DNA of 64,000 nucleotides from an uncultured Solirubrobacteraceae bacterium (GTDB lineage Bacteria; Actinomycetota; Thermoleophilia; Solirubrobacterales; Solirubrobacteraceae). The position numbers were made by a program, and so were the translations under genes. Below are positions 10,651-19,351 of the stretch, in pieces; positions within the stretch are counted from its first letter, which is position 1, and every line of letters begins with the position of its first letter. The stretch is taken from positions 192,001-256,000 of the forward strand of contig CAZPQW010000001.1 in assembly GCA_964588985.1 (NCBI GenBank), in the 5' to 3' direction. Below the pieces are notes generated by a model that did not search any database, was not told the DNA's origin, and saw nothing but the letters and a program-made list of their open reading frames with translations.

Positions 10651-10877
10651 GGATCACGTCTCCGAACTCTGCCGTATTCGAGGCGATCCGCTGTCTTGCG
10701 CATGTAGCCATCCGTTAGCTCTGAGGTTACGTCATCCGCTTTGCACGATGATATTGGCCGTGCACAAGGAGAATGTCAACTGAACAGAGCAGACAGTCGT
10801 AGTCTACGGTATCTAGGCTGGGCTCAGCCCTTCCACCCGCGTCGCTTCGGTCCGGCGCTGGAGCGGCTCCCCGGACG

Positions 10878-11840
10878 TCAGTCCTCCGAGGTTCCGAAAA
10901 CCTCACTGCTTCCATGACGAACGCGGTGTCGTAGTGCGGACATCATCAGCAGGAGGCCAAATGGCAGGCCGTTCATGATGTAGCGCCGCGCGAGGCGACG
11001 TGTGGGTTCTTGGCTGAGGCGATACGCCCACTCCAGCCCGAGGCGGCAGATCCAGGCCGGTGGGCGCGACAGGTCCCCTGTCGCATAGCTGAGACTGATG
11101 CCCACGCCGAGGAACGATGCGCCTGGCAGGGAGCTGCGCAGGGAGCGAATCAGGAGATCCTGCTTCGGAAACCCAAGCGCCACGAACACGACATGGGGCG
11201 CCGTCTCGACGAGTTGACGCTGAATTCGGTGTAGCTCCTGCTCGTCGCTCTCAAAACCCACGGGAGGACAGGTCGTGCCCACGATGTCGAGATTTGGATA
11301 GCGGTCCTGGAAAACCTTCGCCGCTCGCTCGGCGACGCCGGAGTTGCCGCCGAGGAGAAAGAGCGTCTGCCCGCGGGCGCTCATCGCGTCGCACATGGAC
11401 CAGACCATGCTCGACCCGGACACGCGTTCCGGGAGCGGCGCGTCGGCGAGACGGCTCGCCCAGATCAGCGGCATCCCGTCGGCGACGACCATGTCGGCCT
11501 CGTCGATCAGGCTCTTGGCGATCGGTTCGCGACGGTAGCGGCGGAGATGATCGAGGTTTGCGGTGATCGTCCAATGCCCCAGGCCTGCATCGGCCGCGTC
11601 GAGGATCGTCCGCACCGCGGTCTCTTCGGTCACGACCGCTATCGGCGCTCCCATCAGGCGCACGTGCCGCTCGGGCCCGGCTGATACTTCATCGGTTGAG
11701 AATCCGGGTATCAAGGTCTGAGCCGTGGAAGGCGGGTCGCTGTTAGCACGCGGCGATGGCGATACGGTAGCCAGCGCACTGGAGGGGCGCCCCCGGCTTG
11801 TGAGCATGCCTACGATCGTCTGCACGCTCCAGCGACTCAA
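10878..11840 (-). CDS. WecB/TagA/CpsF family glycosyltransferase; true start uncertain
   Basis: TANLDH, ADGMP, ERVSGS, FVALGFPKQD, GLEWAYRL. Confidence 0.88.
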   Translation of the reverse strand: MSRWSVQTIVGMLTSRGRPSSALATVSPSPRANSDPPSTAQTLIPGFSTDEVSAGPERHVRLMGAPIAVVTEETAVRTILDAADAGLGHWTITANLDHLRRYRREPIAKSLIDEADMVVADGMPLIWASRLADAPLPERVSGSSMVWSMCDAMSARGQTLFLLGGNSGVAERAAKVFQDRYPNLDIVGTTCPPVGFESDEQELHRIQRQLVETAPHVVFVALGFPKQDLLIRSLRSSLPGASFLGVGISLSYATGDLSRPPAWICRLGLEWAYRLSQEPTRRLARRYIMNGLPFGLLLMMSALRHRVRHGSSEVFGTSED

Positions 11841-11899
11841 CCAGTGCGAAGATTCTTCCAGATTCCACGTGTGGAACCACTCTACGACCTAATCCGCAC

Positions 11900-12601
11900 C
11901 TATCGCGTCACGGTCGACGTCTGCCCCACCGGTTCCCCTCCCAGCGCCAGGATACCCATCCCCAGCCCTCGCTCCGGATCCAGGATCAGGCCCACCGCCT
12001 CGTTGCGGGAGCGCACGCCCAGCTTGCCGAACGCCGACGACAGGTGGCTCTTGACCGTGCTCTCCGCGAGGAACAGCTGTGCTGCGATCTGGCTGTTCAT
12101 ATAGCCCATCACGACCAGTCCCAGAATCTGCTTCTCCCGCGAGGAGAGAGCCGGCGGCTGGATCTGGCGCCAGTGGTCGCGCGGCACGCAGGCCTGGCCG
12201 GCCTGCACCGCCTGCAGGCATGGGCACAAAGCCGTGTCGATGTCGTCCAAGAGCACCACGCCGGCAGCTCCCGCGGCCAGGGCGGAGCGCACGGCCCAGC
12301 GCTCGATGTCGGCGCAGACGATCACGATCGGCGTCTGCACGAAGTGCTGTGCAAGCGGCTCGACGAGTCCCGCTGGCGCAGAGGCCGTGTCCGACCTCCA
12401 GAGCACGATCGCCGCGAGACACTGCCCTTCGCTCTCGTCGAGCAGTTCCTCCACGCTGTCGAAGACGGCGATCTCCAACGCCAGCCCGCTGAGGCTCTCC
12501 GCGATCCGCTCGCCCGGTCCGTCGCCGACGACCAGCGCCACCCGTCCTCGCGCTACCTCCGCGTTCGGCGCCTTCCGTGTCGCGATGTGGGTCCTGGACA
12601 C
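11900..12601 (-). CDS. LuxR/NarL-type HTH regulator with degenerate receiver domain
   Basis: LSSREKQIL...GYMNSQIAAQLFLAESTVKSHLSSAFGKLGVRSR. Confidence 0.88.
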   Translation of the reverse strand: MSRTHIATRKAPNAEVARGRVALVVGDGPGERIAESLSGLALEIAVFDSVEELLDESEGQCLAAIVLWRSDTASAPAGLVEPLAQHFVQTPIVIVCADIERWAVRSALAAGAAGVVLLDDIDTALCPCLQAVQAGQACVPRDHWRQIQPPALSSREKQILGLVVMGYMNSQIAAQLFLAESTVKSHLSSAFGKLGVRSRNEAVGLILDPERGLGMGILALGGEPVGQTSTVTR

Positions 12602-12661
12602 AGATGACTAACGGTGGGCCTGCGCTCAGACTTGCGAAGCTCGAGCTCGAGCCCGCCGATC

Positions 12662-13285
12662 TCAGCCGATCTCAGGTAGAGACTCCTCCGGAGAGATGTG
12701 AAGGATGCCGGGGCCCAGGCCGCTCTCTCGGTCGAGGATCAGCTCGGCGGCCGCGCTGCGGGACTTCACGCCCAGCTTCTGAAACGCCGAGGAGAGGTGG
12801 TTCTTGACGTTGCTTTCGCTCACGAACAGCTTGCGTGCGATCTCGGCGTTGGAGAAGTCCAGGACGATCATCGCCAGGATCTGACGCTCGCGTGGCGACA
12901 GGGGAGGCCTGTCGACGATCTGTCGGATCGCCTTGGGCATCACGCACTGCCCGACCGCTACGGCCGCGAGCGTCGGCATCAGCGTGTGCTCGATGTCGGC
13001 GACCATCACCGCGCCCTCCAGGCGGGCGGCGAGAACGCGTGCGCCCCGCGGGCTGGGCGTGTCCTTCAGCACGACCACCAGGGGGCCGTTGTGCTCCTCG
13101 CGCACCGTCGAGAGGCTCGCGATCTCCTCTCCCGTCGCGCTCACCCAGCCGAGCAGCCCGATCTCGCTCGCGTCGGAGCTGCCGCGCTCGGCGTGGGTTG
13201 AGCCAGGTATGAGGGCCTGCACCGCGGGCCAGATCGTGGCTCCGTCCCCCAGCAGCGAGACGTGGTAGTCGGGAGAGCCGCTCAT
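12662..13285 (-). CDS. LuxR/NarL-type HTH regulator with degenerate receiver domain
   Basis: LSPRERQIL...SNAEIARKLFVSESNVKNHLSSAFQKLGVKSR. Confidence 0.88.
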   Translation of the reverse strand: MSGSPDYHVSLLGDGATIWPAVQALIPGSTHAERGSSDASEIGLLGWVSATGEEIASLSTVREEHNGPLVVVLKDTPSPRGARVLAARLEGAVMVADIEHTLMPTLAAVAVGQCVMPKAIRQIVDRPPLSPRERQILAMIVLDFSNAEIARKLFVSESNVKNHLSSAFQKLGVKSRSAAAELILDRESGLGPGILHISPEESLPEIG

Positions 13286-13330
13286 CTACTCATCAGCGGA
13301 CTTGTCTCCATGAGCAGAGGTCATTAAAGC

Positions 13331-13370
13331 GCACATGTCGGTCGGTCCCGCGGGACCGACCGACATGTGC
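13331..13370 (-). terminator. Perfect 40-bp palindrome downstream of the lasso precursor; probable terminator or mRNA-stabilising hairpin
   Basis: GCACATGTCGGTCGGTCCCG|CGGGACCGACCGACATGTGC; followed by GCTTTAAT on the minus strand. Confidence 0.7.
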
Positions 13371-13396
13371 CAAGGTCTATCCGTCCAGCTCGCAGC

Positions 13397-13549
13397 CTAC
13401 GGCGTGGAGAAGGTCAGATCCTTTTTCGGGGTGTGAATCGGGAAGGCGGCGTCGGTCGATTCGCCTTCGTGACTACCCGCGGTGAGTTCCGCGAGGTCCC
13501 CGTGATCCTCGATCCTGGGGCTCTCGTACGTGGGGGTGTCCTTCTCCAT
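13397..13549 (-). CDS. Lasso peptide precursor (50 aa): MEKDTPTYESPRIEDHGDLAELTA-GSHEGESTDAAFPIHTPKKDLTFSTP
   Basis: Hand-translated; SD AAGGAAGG upstream; leader YxxP..G motif, Thr at -2, core Gly1 with Asp9; lies directly downstream of the cyclase gene. Confidence 0.92.
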   Translation of the reverse strand: MEKDTPTYESPRIEDHGDLAELTAGSHEGESTDAAFPIHTPKKDLTFSTP

Positions 13550-13581
13550 GAGCTTCCTTCCTTAGGTAGGTAAGAGGGGGA

Positions 13582-13609
13582 ATGATAGGGACGCTCCCGT
13601 GGAGCGCAA
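13582..13609 (-). promoter_or_regulatory. Putative sigma70-type promoter for the precursor gene
   Basis: TTGCGC-N16-TATCAT on the minus strand in the cyclase-precursor gap. Confidence 0.5.
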
Positions 13610-13641
13610 GACCCGAAAAAGTACCGGGTCCGAATTTGCTC

Positions 13642-15465
13642 CTATCCGCGACGCGCAGCCCCTTCGAGCAGTTCGCACGGATACTCCGGGCGCTCGAGCG
13701 CCCGGAGCCACGCGTCGGCCAGGCCGACGTGCCACAGTCGGCGAGCGGCCCGACTGTCGCGAGGATTCGAACCTTCCCGCAAGAGCTGCTCCAGGGTCTC
13801 GGCTCGGACGAACGCGCGCACCGGCGCATCGTCGCGGGCTGGGCCGTCGGCGAGCAGGGTTCCGTCGGCTGCGAGCCCGGCGGGCAGCAGCGCGGTGAAG
13901 AAGCTCTTCGCGTGGCGGGTGCGTATCGCCTCGGGGATGTGGCCGGCGAGCGCGTCGCGCAGCAGCGCGCGGTCGCGAACCGGGTCGAACTGCATCTGAG
14001 GGGGAGTGGAGAGCACCGTGCGCAGCAGATCGACGTCGAACTGGAAGGGATGGCGTCCATCGACCCGCTCGTCGATCGCCTCGCGGCGAAAGTGGGCCGA
14101 CACGCCGAGTTTCTCGCCCGCCTCGGTCAGGTCCTCCGCCAGCGATCGCCACCACACAGGGCCGTCGAGCCGTGTTCCCCGCTGGTCGTCCACAAGCTCG
14201 AGGAGGGCCGATGCGTCGGTGGGCAGCAGCAGCGATCCCGGCGAGCCGGCGGCTCTCGGGCGCCGTTTCAGGCCCGCGGGCACCAGGCGGCGGACGCCGT
14301 ACACGCGAAGCGCTCGTAGGCGCATGCGCACGTCCGCCTCGGCCCCGACTTCCGGGATGCGCCGGGTGAGCCTCCAGGCCGCGAGCGCCCTCCCGCCGCG
14401 CAGCATGTCGGCGATCAGATAGGGCGCGAATCCGAACAGCTCATCGCCTCCCTCGCCGTCGAGCATAACGTCCACGCCGAGCCGGCGGGCGCTCGCCAGC
14501 AGCGGCTTCCACACGAACAGGTTCGGCGTGGCCGGCGGAAGCTTCCAGCGATCGATGTGCTCGAGCGCCGGCGCCAGGATCGAGGCTCGATCGTCGAAGG
14601 GAACCAGCTCGACGGGCATGCCGGTGTGACGCGCCGTCGCCTCGATCAAATCCCGCTCGTCGGTCTCGGGGTGGGTGGGGAAGATCGCGCCGAGCGCGAG
14701 CGCTCGACTCACGGAGCCCTTCCGCGCCGCGAGCCCCGCCGCCACGCAGGCCGAGTCGAGGCCGCCGCTGAGACGCACCGCGGGCTGGTGCGCTCCCTGG
14801 GCCGCTCGCTGCACCGCGTCAAACGCCGCGGTGCGCAGACGTTCGGCCGCCTCCTCCCGCGATCCGGAGACGACGCCCTCGTAACAGGGGCGCCAGTAGG
14901 GCTCGATCGTCATCCCGTCCACGGCGAGTAGGACCCTGTGTGCCGGTGGGATGCGCGCGATGCCCTCGAACATGCTGCGCCCGGCGGGGACGCTGCCGCG
15001 CTCGATCCACTGCGCCAGCGCCAGACGATCGGGTCCGGGGGCGCTCGGCAGCAGATCCACGATGACGCGCTCGTGTTCTGCGAACAGAGCTCCGCCGCCC
15101 ATGCGAGCCTGCACCAGCGGCCGGCCGCCGAGCTGGTCGCGCACGATCGTCGCGACCCCGCGTTCGCCGTCGTAGGTCACCACGACGAACTCCCCGCGAA
15201 GGAGCTCGCAGGCGCCTGGGCCGAGCCGCGCGTGCGCTCGAGCGATCACAGCGGGCACCCCCGCGGTGGGGGGCAGGCCGAACCGGTCGCGCAGCGCGTC
15301 CGCGTTGCTCAGCCGTCCGGAGATCCAGCAGCGCCAGCTTCCGTCGACGTCGCCCTCGGCGCCCACGACCGCCAGCTGCCCGACGCGCTCGGGCGTATCG
15401 CCGGCACGCCTCGCGCCAAGCTCGAGCAGCTCGACCGATCGCTCGCCCCACGCTGCCGCGAACAT
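13642..15465 (-). CDS. Lasso peptide cyclase (asparagine synthetase-like, C protein)
   Basis: LRGEF, RDQLGGRPL, LSGGLDS and DGEGGDELFG motifs; no N-terminal catalytic Cys; clustered with B2, RRE and precursor. Confidence 0.9.
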   Translation of the reverse strand: MFAAAWGERSVELLELGARRAGDTPERVGQLAVVGAEGDVDGSWRCWISGRLSNADALRDRFGLPPTAGVPAVIARAHARLGPGACELLRGEFVVVTYDGERGVATIVRDQLGGRPLVQARMGGGALFAEHERVIVDLLPSAPGPDRLALAQWIERGSVPAGRSMFEGIARIPPAHRVLLAVDGMTIEPYWRPCYEGVVSGSREEAAERLRTAAFDAVQRAAQGAHQPAVRLSGGLDSACVAAGLAARKGSVSRALALGAIFPTHPETDERDLIEATARHTGMPVELVPFDDRASILAPALEHIDRWKLPPATPNLFVWKPLLASARRLGVDVMLDGEGGDELFGFAPYLIADMLRGGRALAAWRLTRRIPEVGAEADVRMRLRALRVYGVRRLVPAGLKRRPRAAGSPGSLLLPTDASALLELVDDQRGTRLDGPVWWRSLAEDLTEAGEKLGVSAHFRREAIDERVDGRHPFQFDVDLLRTVLSTPPQMQFDPVRDRALLRDALAGHIPEAIRTRHAKSFFTALLPAGLAADGTLLADGPARDDAPVRAFVRAETLEQLLREGSNPRDSRAARRLWHVGLADAWLRALERPEYPCELLEGAARRG

Positions 15466-15469
15466 CGAT

Positions 15470-16504
15470 TCAGAGTTCCAGCGTGTGCTCGATGAGATTG
15501 TCGGCCAGCTGCGTGGCGTTCACGTCGGGCTGGACGCGCAGGCGGTAGATCCGCTCCGTGGCGGCAAGGGCGACCGCCAGGTCGAGATGGCGGACGAGGC
15601 GCTCGGGTGTGCGCACGGACAGGTTGAAGGTGCTCGCGAGCAGCGCGAAGGGGTCGACCGCGTCGATGCGCTCGACGAGAGGGCCATCCGCGGAGCGCTC
15701 CAGCAGGAACAGCTCGCCGAATGGCGCCGGCGACGCGTTCAGGCTGGGGCTGTAGCGCTGCTTGCCGAGGAAGCTCGTGGCGGGGCCGAGGGCCGTGCGC
15801 TCCCGCGTCGAGAGACGATCGTGCTCGGCGGCGCGCAGTTGCAGCAGGGCCGCGCCCGGATGGGCCAGCAGCTCGGGGCCGCACTGCTCGAGCGCCACCG
15901 TGTCGTCGCTCAGCAGCGTCGCTCCGTGGCGCAGCAGGGCCGCCGCCAGCGAGGACTTGCCGGCCCCGGGCGGACCCGTGAACAGCGCCGCCCTGCCTCG
16001 CAGCACCACGCCCGAGGCGTGCAGCACCTCGAACCCCCTCAGGGTCGCCGCAAGCGGCAGGGCCTGGGCGGTGAGGAGGGCGGTCCACTCCGAGCTTCCA
16101 TCCTCCGGGTCGCAGATCACCTCGGTCCCGTCCAGGGCGATAAGGATCCGCGCGAATCCCGGCGCATGCAGGAGGTAGCCGGCGGGAGGAGCGAAATCGA
16201 CGGTGAGCAGTACCGCGTCCCCGTCGCGCAGCTCGCGCACGCGTCCGGCCGCGTGCGCGGCGACGCTCCAGCGTCGCGAGAGCTCTCGCGGATCGAGCCT
16301 CACACGCGTCGATGGCCGCGAGTCGCAAGGAGAGGCCGGGTGCCCAGGGGCGGGAGCGTCCGGGTCGCGGGCGCCGTTAGCATCGAGCTGAGCGATGCCG
16401 GGGATATCGATGCTGGGGTCGACTTCGAGTCGAAGGCCAAACGCGGCGCCGTGGGCCGCTTGCTCGCGGACCGGGCTGTCGGGCGCCTCAGGCTCGATCT
16501 GCAT
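15470..16504 (-). CDS. HPr kinase-like protein (candidate lasso tailoring kinase; promoter-distal copy)
   Basis: LHASGV...GPPGAGKSS...LLSDD motifs. Confidence 0.85.
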   Translation of the reverse strand: MQIEPEAPDSPVREQAAHGAAFGLRLEVDPSIDIPGIAQLDANGARDPDAPAPGHPASPCDSRPSTRVRLDPRELSRRWSVAAHAAGRVRELRDGDAVLLTVDFAPPAGYLLHAPGFARILIALDGTEVICDPEDGSSEWTALLTAQALPLAATLRGFEVLHASGVVLRGRAALFTGPPGAGKSSLAAALLRHGATLLSDDTVALEQCGPELLAHPGAALLQLRAAEHDRLSTRERTALGPATSFLGKQRYSPSLNASPAPFGELFLLERSADGPLVERIDAVDPFALLASTFNLSVRTPERLVRHLDLAVALAATERIYRLRVQPDVNATQLADNLIEHTLEL

Positions 16505-16826
16505 CCACCGTCTCGATCAGCCCGCGCTCGAGCAGCCCACGGGTGAGGGCGAGCAGATCGCTCTGGATCTGCTTCTGCTCGAGGCCGTACTCGCCGGCGA
16601 GCACAGGCGCCGCGTCACCGATCGTGGACGCCGCCTCGAGCGCCTCGAGCATCCTGCCCGCGGTGGGGTTCAGTCCGTGGTATCTGCCCGTCCTGAGGTT
16701 GAGGACGACCGTCTCCGAGACGAAGCTGCGATGGACGACGTGCTGGGGCAGCCGCGCTCGCGCTTGCAGGAGCTGTTGGTCGGAAAGCTGGGACATGGTC
16801 GTGGTATCGACGTTTTTGTCGGTCAT
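16488..16826 (-). CDS. PqqD/RRE family leader-binding protein (lasso B1)
   Basis: ETVVLNLRTGRYHGLNPTAGRMLEAL...DLLALTRGLLERGLI; ATG at 16826 lies just after the permease stop. Confidence 0.9.
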   Translation of the reverse strand: MTDKNVDTTTMSQLSDQQLLQARARLPQHVVHRSFVSETVVLNLRTGRYHGLNPTAGRMLEALEAASTIGDAAPVLAGEYGLEQKQIQSDLLALTRGLLERGLIETVDADRA

Positions 16827-16827
16827 C

Positions 16828-17637
16828 TCAATACTCGGCAATCGTTCCGGAGCGTTGACCGTAGCGAATCGATGCGCGCAGCAGCATGAGGCCGGCGGGT
16901 AGCAACACGGCGCAGAAGCCCACCAGCTTGAGCAGCTCCACCCCCGCGGGGTGAACCAGCGGTGTGTCGATCAGCAGGTGGCGCAGCAGATCGGTCGCCG
17001 GTGTGAACGGCTGCACGTCGGACGCCCAGCGAATCCACCCCGGCAGCACGGCGGTCGGGAAGTACAGTCCGCCGACGATCGCAACGCCGGCGACGATGAA
17101 CTGGGTCGCGCTGGATGCCTGCTTGAACGCCATCACCAGCGCCACGAGGAAGAACGCGAACGGCATGAATGCGAGCGTGCCGAGCAGCGCCACCGGAATC
17201 GCGAGCACCGCTGTGCTCGCCAGGGGAAGCCCGAATATCACCGCGGCCAGTGTGAGCATCAGGATGCCGCTGAAGAACGCGTTGATGAGGGGAAACAGCA
17301 TCGTGCCGAGTATCCCGTTGATCGGCCCGTGGGCACTCACGAGGAAACGCTCGATCGTGCCCGAGATGAGTTCCTGTCGCACCGTCACCGGCATCACGCC
17401 CATGGATATGGTGAGGATCTGGACGATCACCAGGCCCACGATCACGAACCCGAAATAGCCGCCCGGAGAGTGAATGCTCCTGGCGGTGACGAGATGGCTG
17501 ATGTAGTAGAAGAGGGTGATCGAGAACAGCGGGCCGAGGAACTGCGCGACGAGCTGGCTGCGGTAGCTGGCGAACAGGATCGCGTCGCGGCGGATGATCC
17601 CCCACATGGCTTCGCACCACAGGGCCACAGGACTCAT
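16828..17637 (-). CDS. ABC-2 type transporter permease
   Basis: Starts MSPVALWCEAMWGIIRRD (ATGA overlap with the ATPase); about 6 TM helices; EL..GTIERFL, GGLYFP..VLPGW. Confidence 0.88.
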   Translation of the reverse strand: MSPVALWCEAMWGIIRRDAILFASYRSQLVAQFLGPLFSITLFYYISHLVTARSIHSPGGYFGFVIVGLVIVQILTISMGVMPVTVRQELISGTIERFLVSAHGPINGILGTMLFPLINAFFSGILMLTLAAVIFGLPLASTAVLAIPVALLGTLAFMPFAFFLVALVMAFKQASSATQFIVAGVAIVGGLYFPTAVLPGWIRWASDVQPFTPATDLLRHLLIDTPLVHPAGVELLKLVGFCAVLLPAGLMLLRASIRYGQRSGTIAEY

Positions 17638-18371
17638 TGGATTTGCTCCAGGCAGCCCTCGGTGAGGGTGTAGCTGGCGTCGCACGCGATCACGCGATCC
17701 TCGCCTCGCGGCGAGCACCACAGCACCGTCGAGCCGCGGCTCGACGCCCGCGCGATCTGCTCGTTGAGCAGCCGGTAGCCATCGTCGTCGAGCGAGTTGC
17801 GCGGCTCGTCGAGCAACACCACCCGAGGTTCGTGCAGGAACGCCATCGCCAGCCGGATGCGCTGGCGCTGGCCCATCGACATGCGGTCCACGCGGCGTGT
17901 GGCGAACTCCATAAGTCCGAATCGTTGCAGACTGTCGGCAACCAGCTCGGCGCGTCGCTCGCGGGGCACATAGGCCAGCCGGCCCCAGTAGTCGAGCTGC
18001 TGAGAGACGCGCATGCGCGCCTGTAGGCCACGGTCGCCCGCCGACAGAAAGCCGATCTGGCGTCGGTAGAGGCCCCCCCTCGATGCCGGCGTGAGCTCGC
18101 CGATGCGTACGGTCCCTCGCTGTGGCAGCAGGATCCCGGCGGCGAGCCGCAGCAGTGTGGTCTTGCCGACGCCGTTGCGACCGCCGACCCACGTGACCTC
18201 GCCCGCGCGCAGGGTCAGGCTGACGTCGTCCAGCACCGGCGGCTTGGGGCCCTTCCACCGGTGGTGCAGACCCTCGAGCTCGAGGATCGGCTCGCCCGCG
18301 CCGGCGGCGGGCGGCGGATCGGAAAACGGGGCTGACACCGAGGAAGCGGACATCGAAGGAGAGCTTTTCAC
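17634..18371 (-). CDS. ABC transporter ATP-binding protein
   Basis: GRNGVGKTT, MSMGQRQR, LLDEP. Confidence 0.9.
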   Translation of the reverse strand: MKSSPSMSASSVSAPFSDPPPAAGAGEPILELEGLHHRWKGPKPPVLDDVSLTLRAGEVTWVGGRNGVGKTTLLRLAAGILLPQRGTVRIGELTPASRGGLYRRQIGFLSAGDRGLQARMRVSQQLDYWGRLAYVPRERRAELVADSLQRFGLMEFATRRVDRMSMGQRQRIRLAMAFLHEPRVVLLDEPRNSLDDDGYRLLNEQIARASSRGSTVLWCSPRGEDRVIACDASYTLTEGCLEQIQ

Positions 18372-19351
18372 AGCTCAGCCGCCAGGAGCGTGTCTGCGAG
18401 GACGCTAGGGGGGGTGTCGAGGTTGGCCGACAGTCGCCACAGCTCCACGCTCGAGGCGATCGTGCTCGCGAGCTCGAACCGCGCTCGCTCGCGCTCGGGG
18501 AGGCGGGGGAAGCGCAGCAGCGAGTCCAGCAGCGGGCCCAGCTGGCTCTCGATCCTCTCCAGCGACGGCAGCGCCCCGGCCCCCTGCGATTCGGGCCGTC
18601 GGTCGAGCACGACCAGCGCCTTCAGCGGCAGCGGCTCGGGGTGCACTGGAACCGCGATCCAGCGCTCGTCGCCGATCGAGAGGATCGTCGCTCGGGGGTC
18701 GGCGTCATCACGCGCGCGAATCCCATCGGCGGGGACGGTCATCAGCGGGGGAGCAGGATGGGCGAGAGGGGCCTGGGCTCCACGGGGCTCCAGCACGAGC
18801 ACGTCGTCCGCCATCAGCGCCAGCCCGCGCCCGAGGAGCTCCGCGAGCAGGGTGCTCTTGCCGCCGCCGGTCGCCGCGGCGATCGCGATCGCGCCGTCAG
18901 GTGTGGCGATCGCGCCCGCGTGCAGCGCCTCATAGCCCCGCAGCAGCGCGACCGTGAACAGCGCCGAGTCGAGCACCACCCGCCACCACGAGGGATCGGC
19001 GGGGTCCGACGGTGCGCACCGCAGCACGCTCGCGTCGGCCCGGAGGTGGTGGACCGCTCGGGTCTGCGCCGACGGGACGCCGCTGGGATCAGGTGGCGCG
19101 CCGTGCACGAAGCGATGATCCCCCTCGGCTCCTCGCTCCACCACGAATGGGGCGCCGTCGATCTCGCCCGCCCAGCCGACCGCCTCGAAGCCGGACCAGC
19201 TCTCCTGGATGGCCTGGGGGGTGACGGACAGGAGCCGCAGTTCGGGCTCCTCGCGCAGGGGTCGTGCCTGCCACGCGCCCGGGGGGGGCGCATCGCTTCG
19301 TAGGCTGAGGCCGAACGCGGCCAGGCCCGGCTGGGGCACTGCGTGCGTCAG
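18368..19351 (-). CDS. HPr kinase-like protein (candidate lasso tailoring kinase; promoter-proximal copy); start CTG 19351 or GTG 19339
   Basis: AAFGL N-terminus shared with its paralog; LHAGAI...AATGGGKST...MADD motifs. Confidence 0.82.
   Translation of the reverse strand: MTHAVPQPGLAAFGLSLRSDAPPPGAWQARPLREEPELRLLSVTPQAIQESWSGFEAVGWAGEIDGAPFVVERGAEGDHRFVHGAPPDPSGVPSAQTRAVHHLRADASVLRCAPSDPADPSWWRVVLDSALFTVALLRGYEALHAGAIATPDGAIAIAAATGGGKSTLLAELLGRGLALMADDVLVLEPRGAQAPLAHPAPPLMTVPADGIRARDDADPRATILSIGDERWIAVPVHPEPLPLKALVVLDRRPESQGAGALPSLERIESQLGPLLDSLLRFPRLPERERARFELASTIASSVELWRLSANLDTPPSVLADTLLAAEL

Noticed and set aside
10742-10764. TGCACG-N11-CGTGCA inverted repeat upstream of the ABC exporter
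   Set aside because: A 6-bp arm is too short to distinguish from chance
13642-15465. Ordinary asparagine synthetase or EPS amidotransferase
   Set aside because: No N-terminal catalytic Cys, and it is clustered with B2, RRE and a precursor
16828-18258. 476-aa permease with a long N-terminal extension
   Set aside because: The extension overlaps the ATPase gene; the real start is ATG 17637. The same artefact affects the track ORFs for sdhB, the CCG subunit, mdh, rsmA, tatD and rsmI
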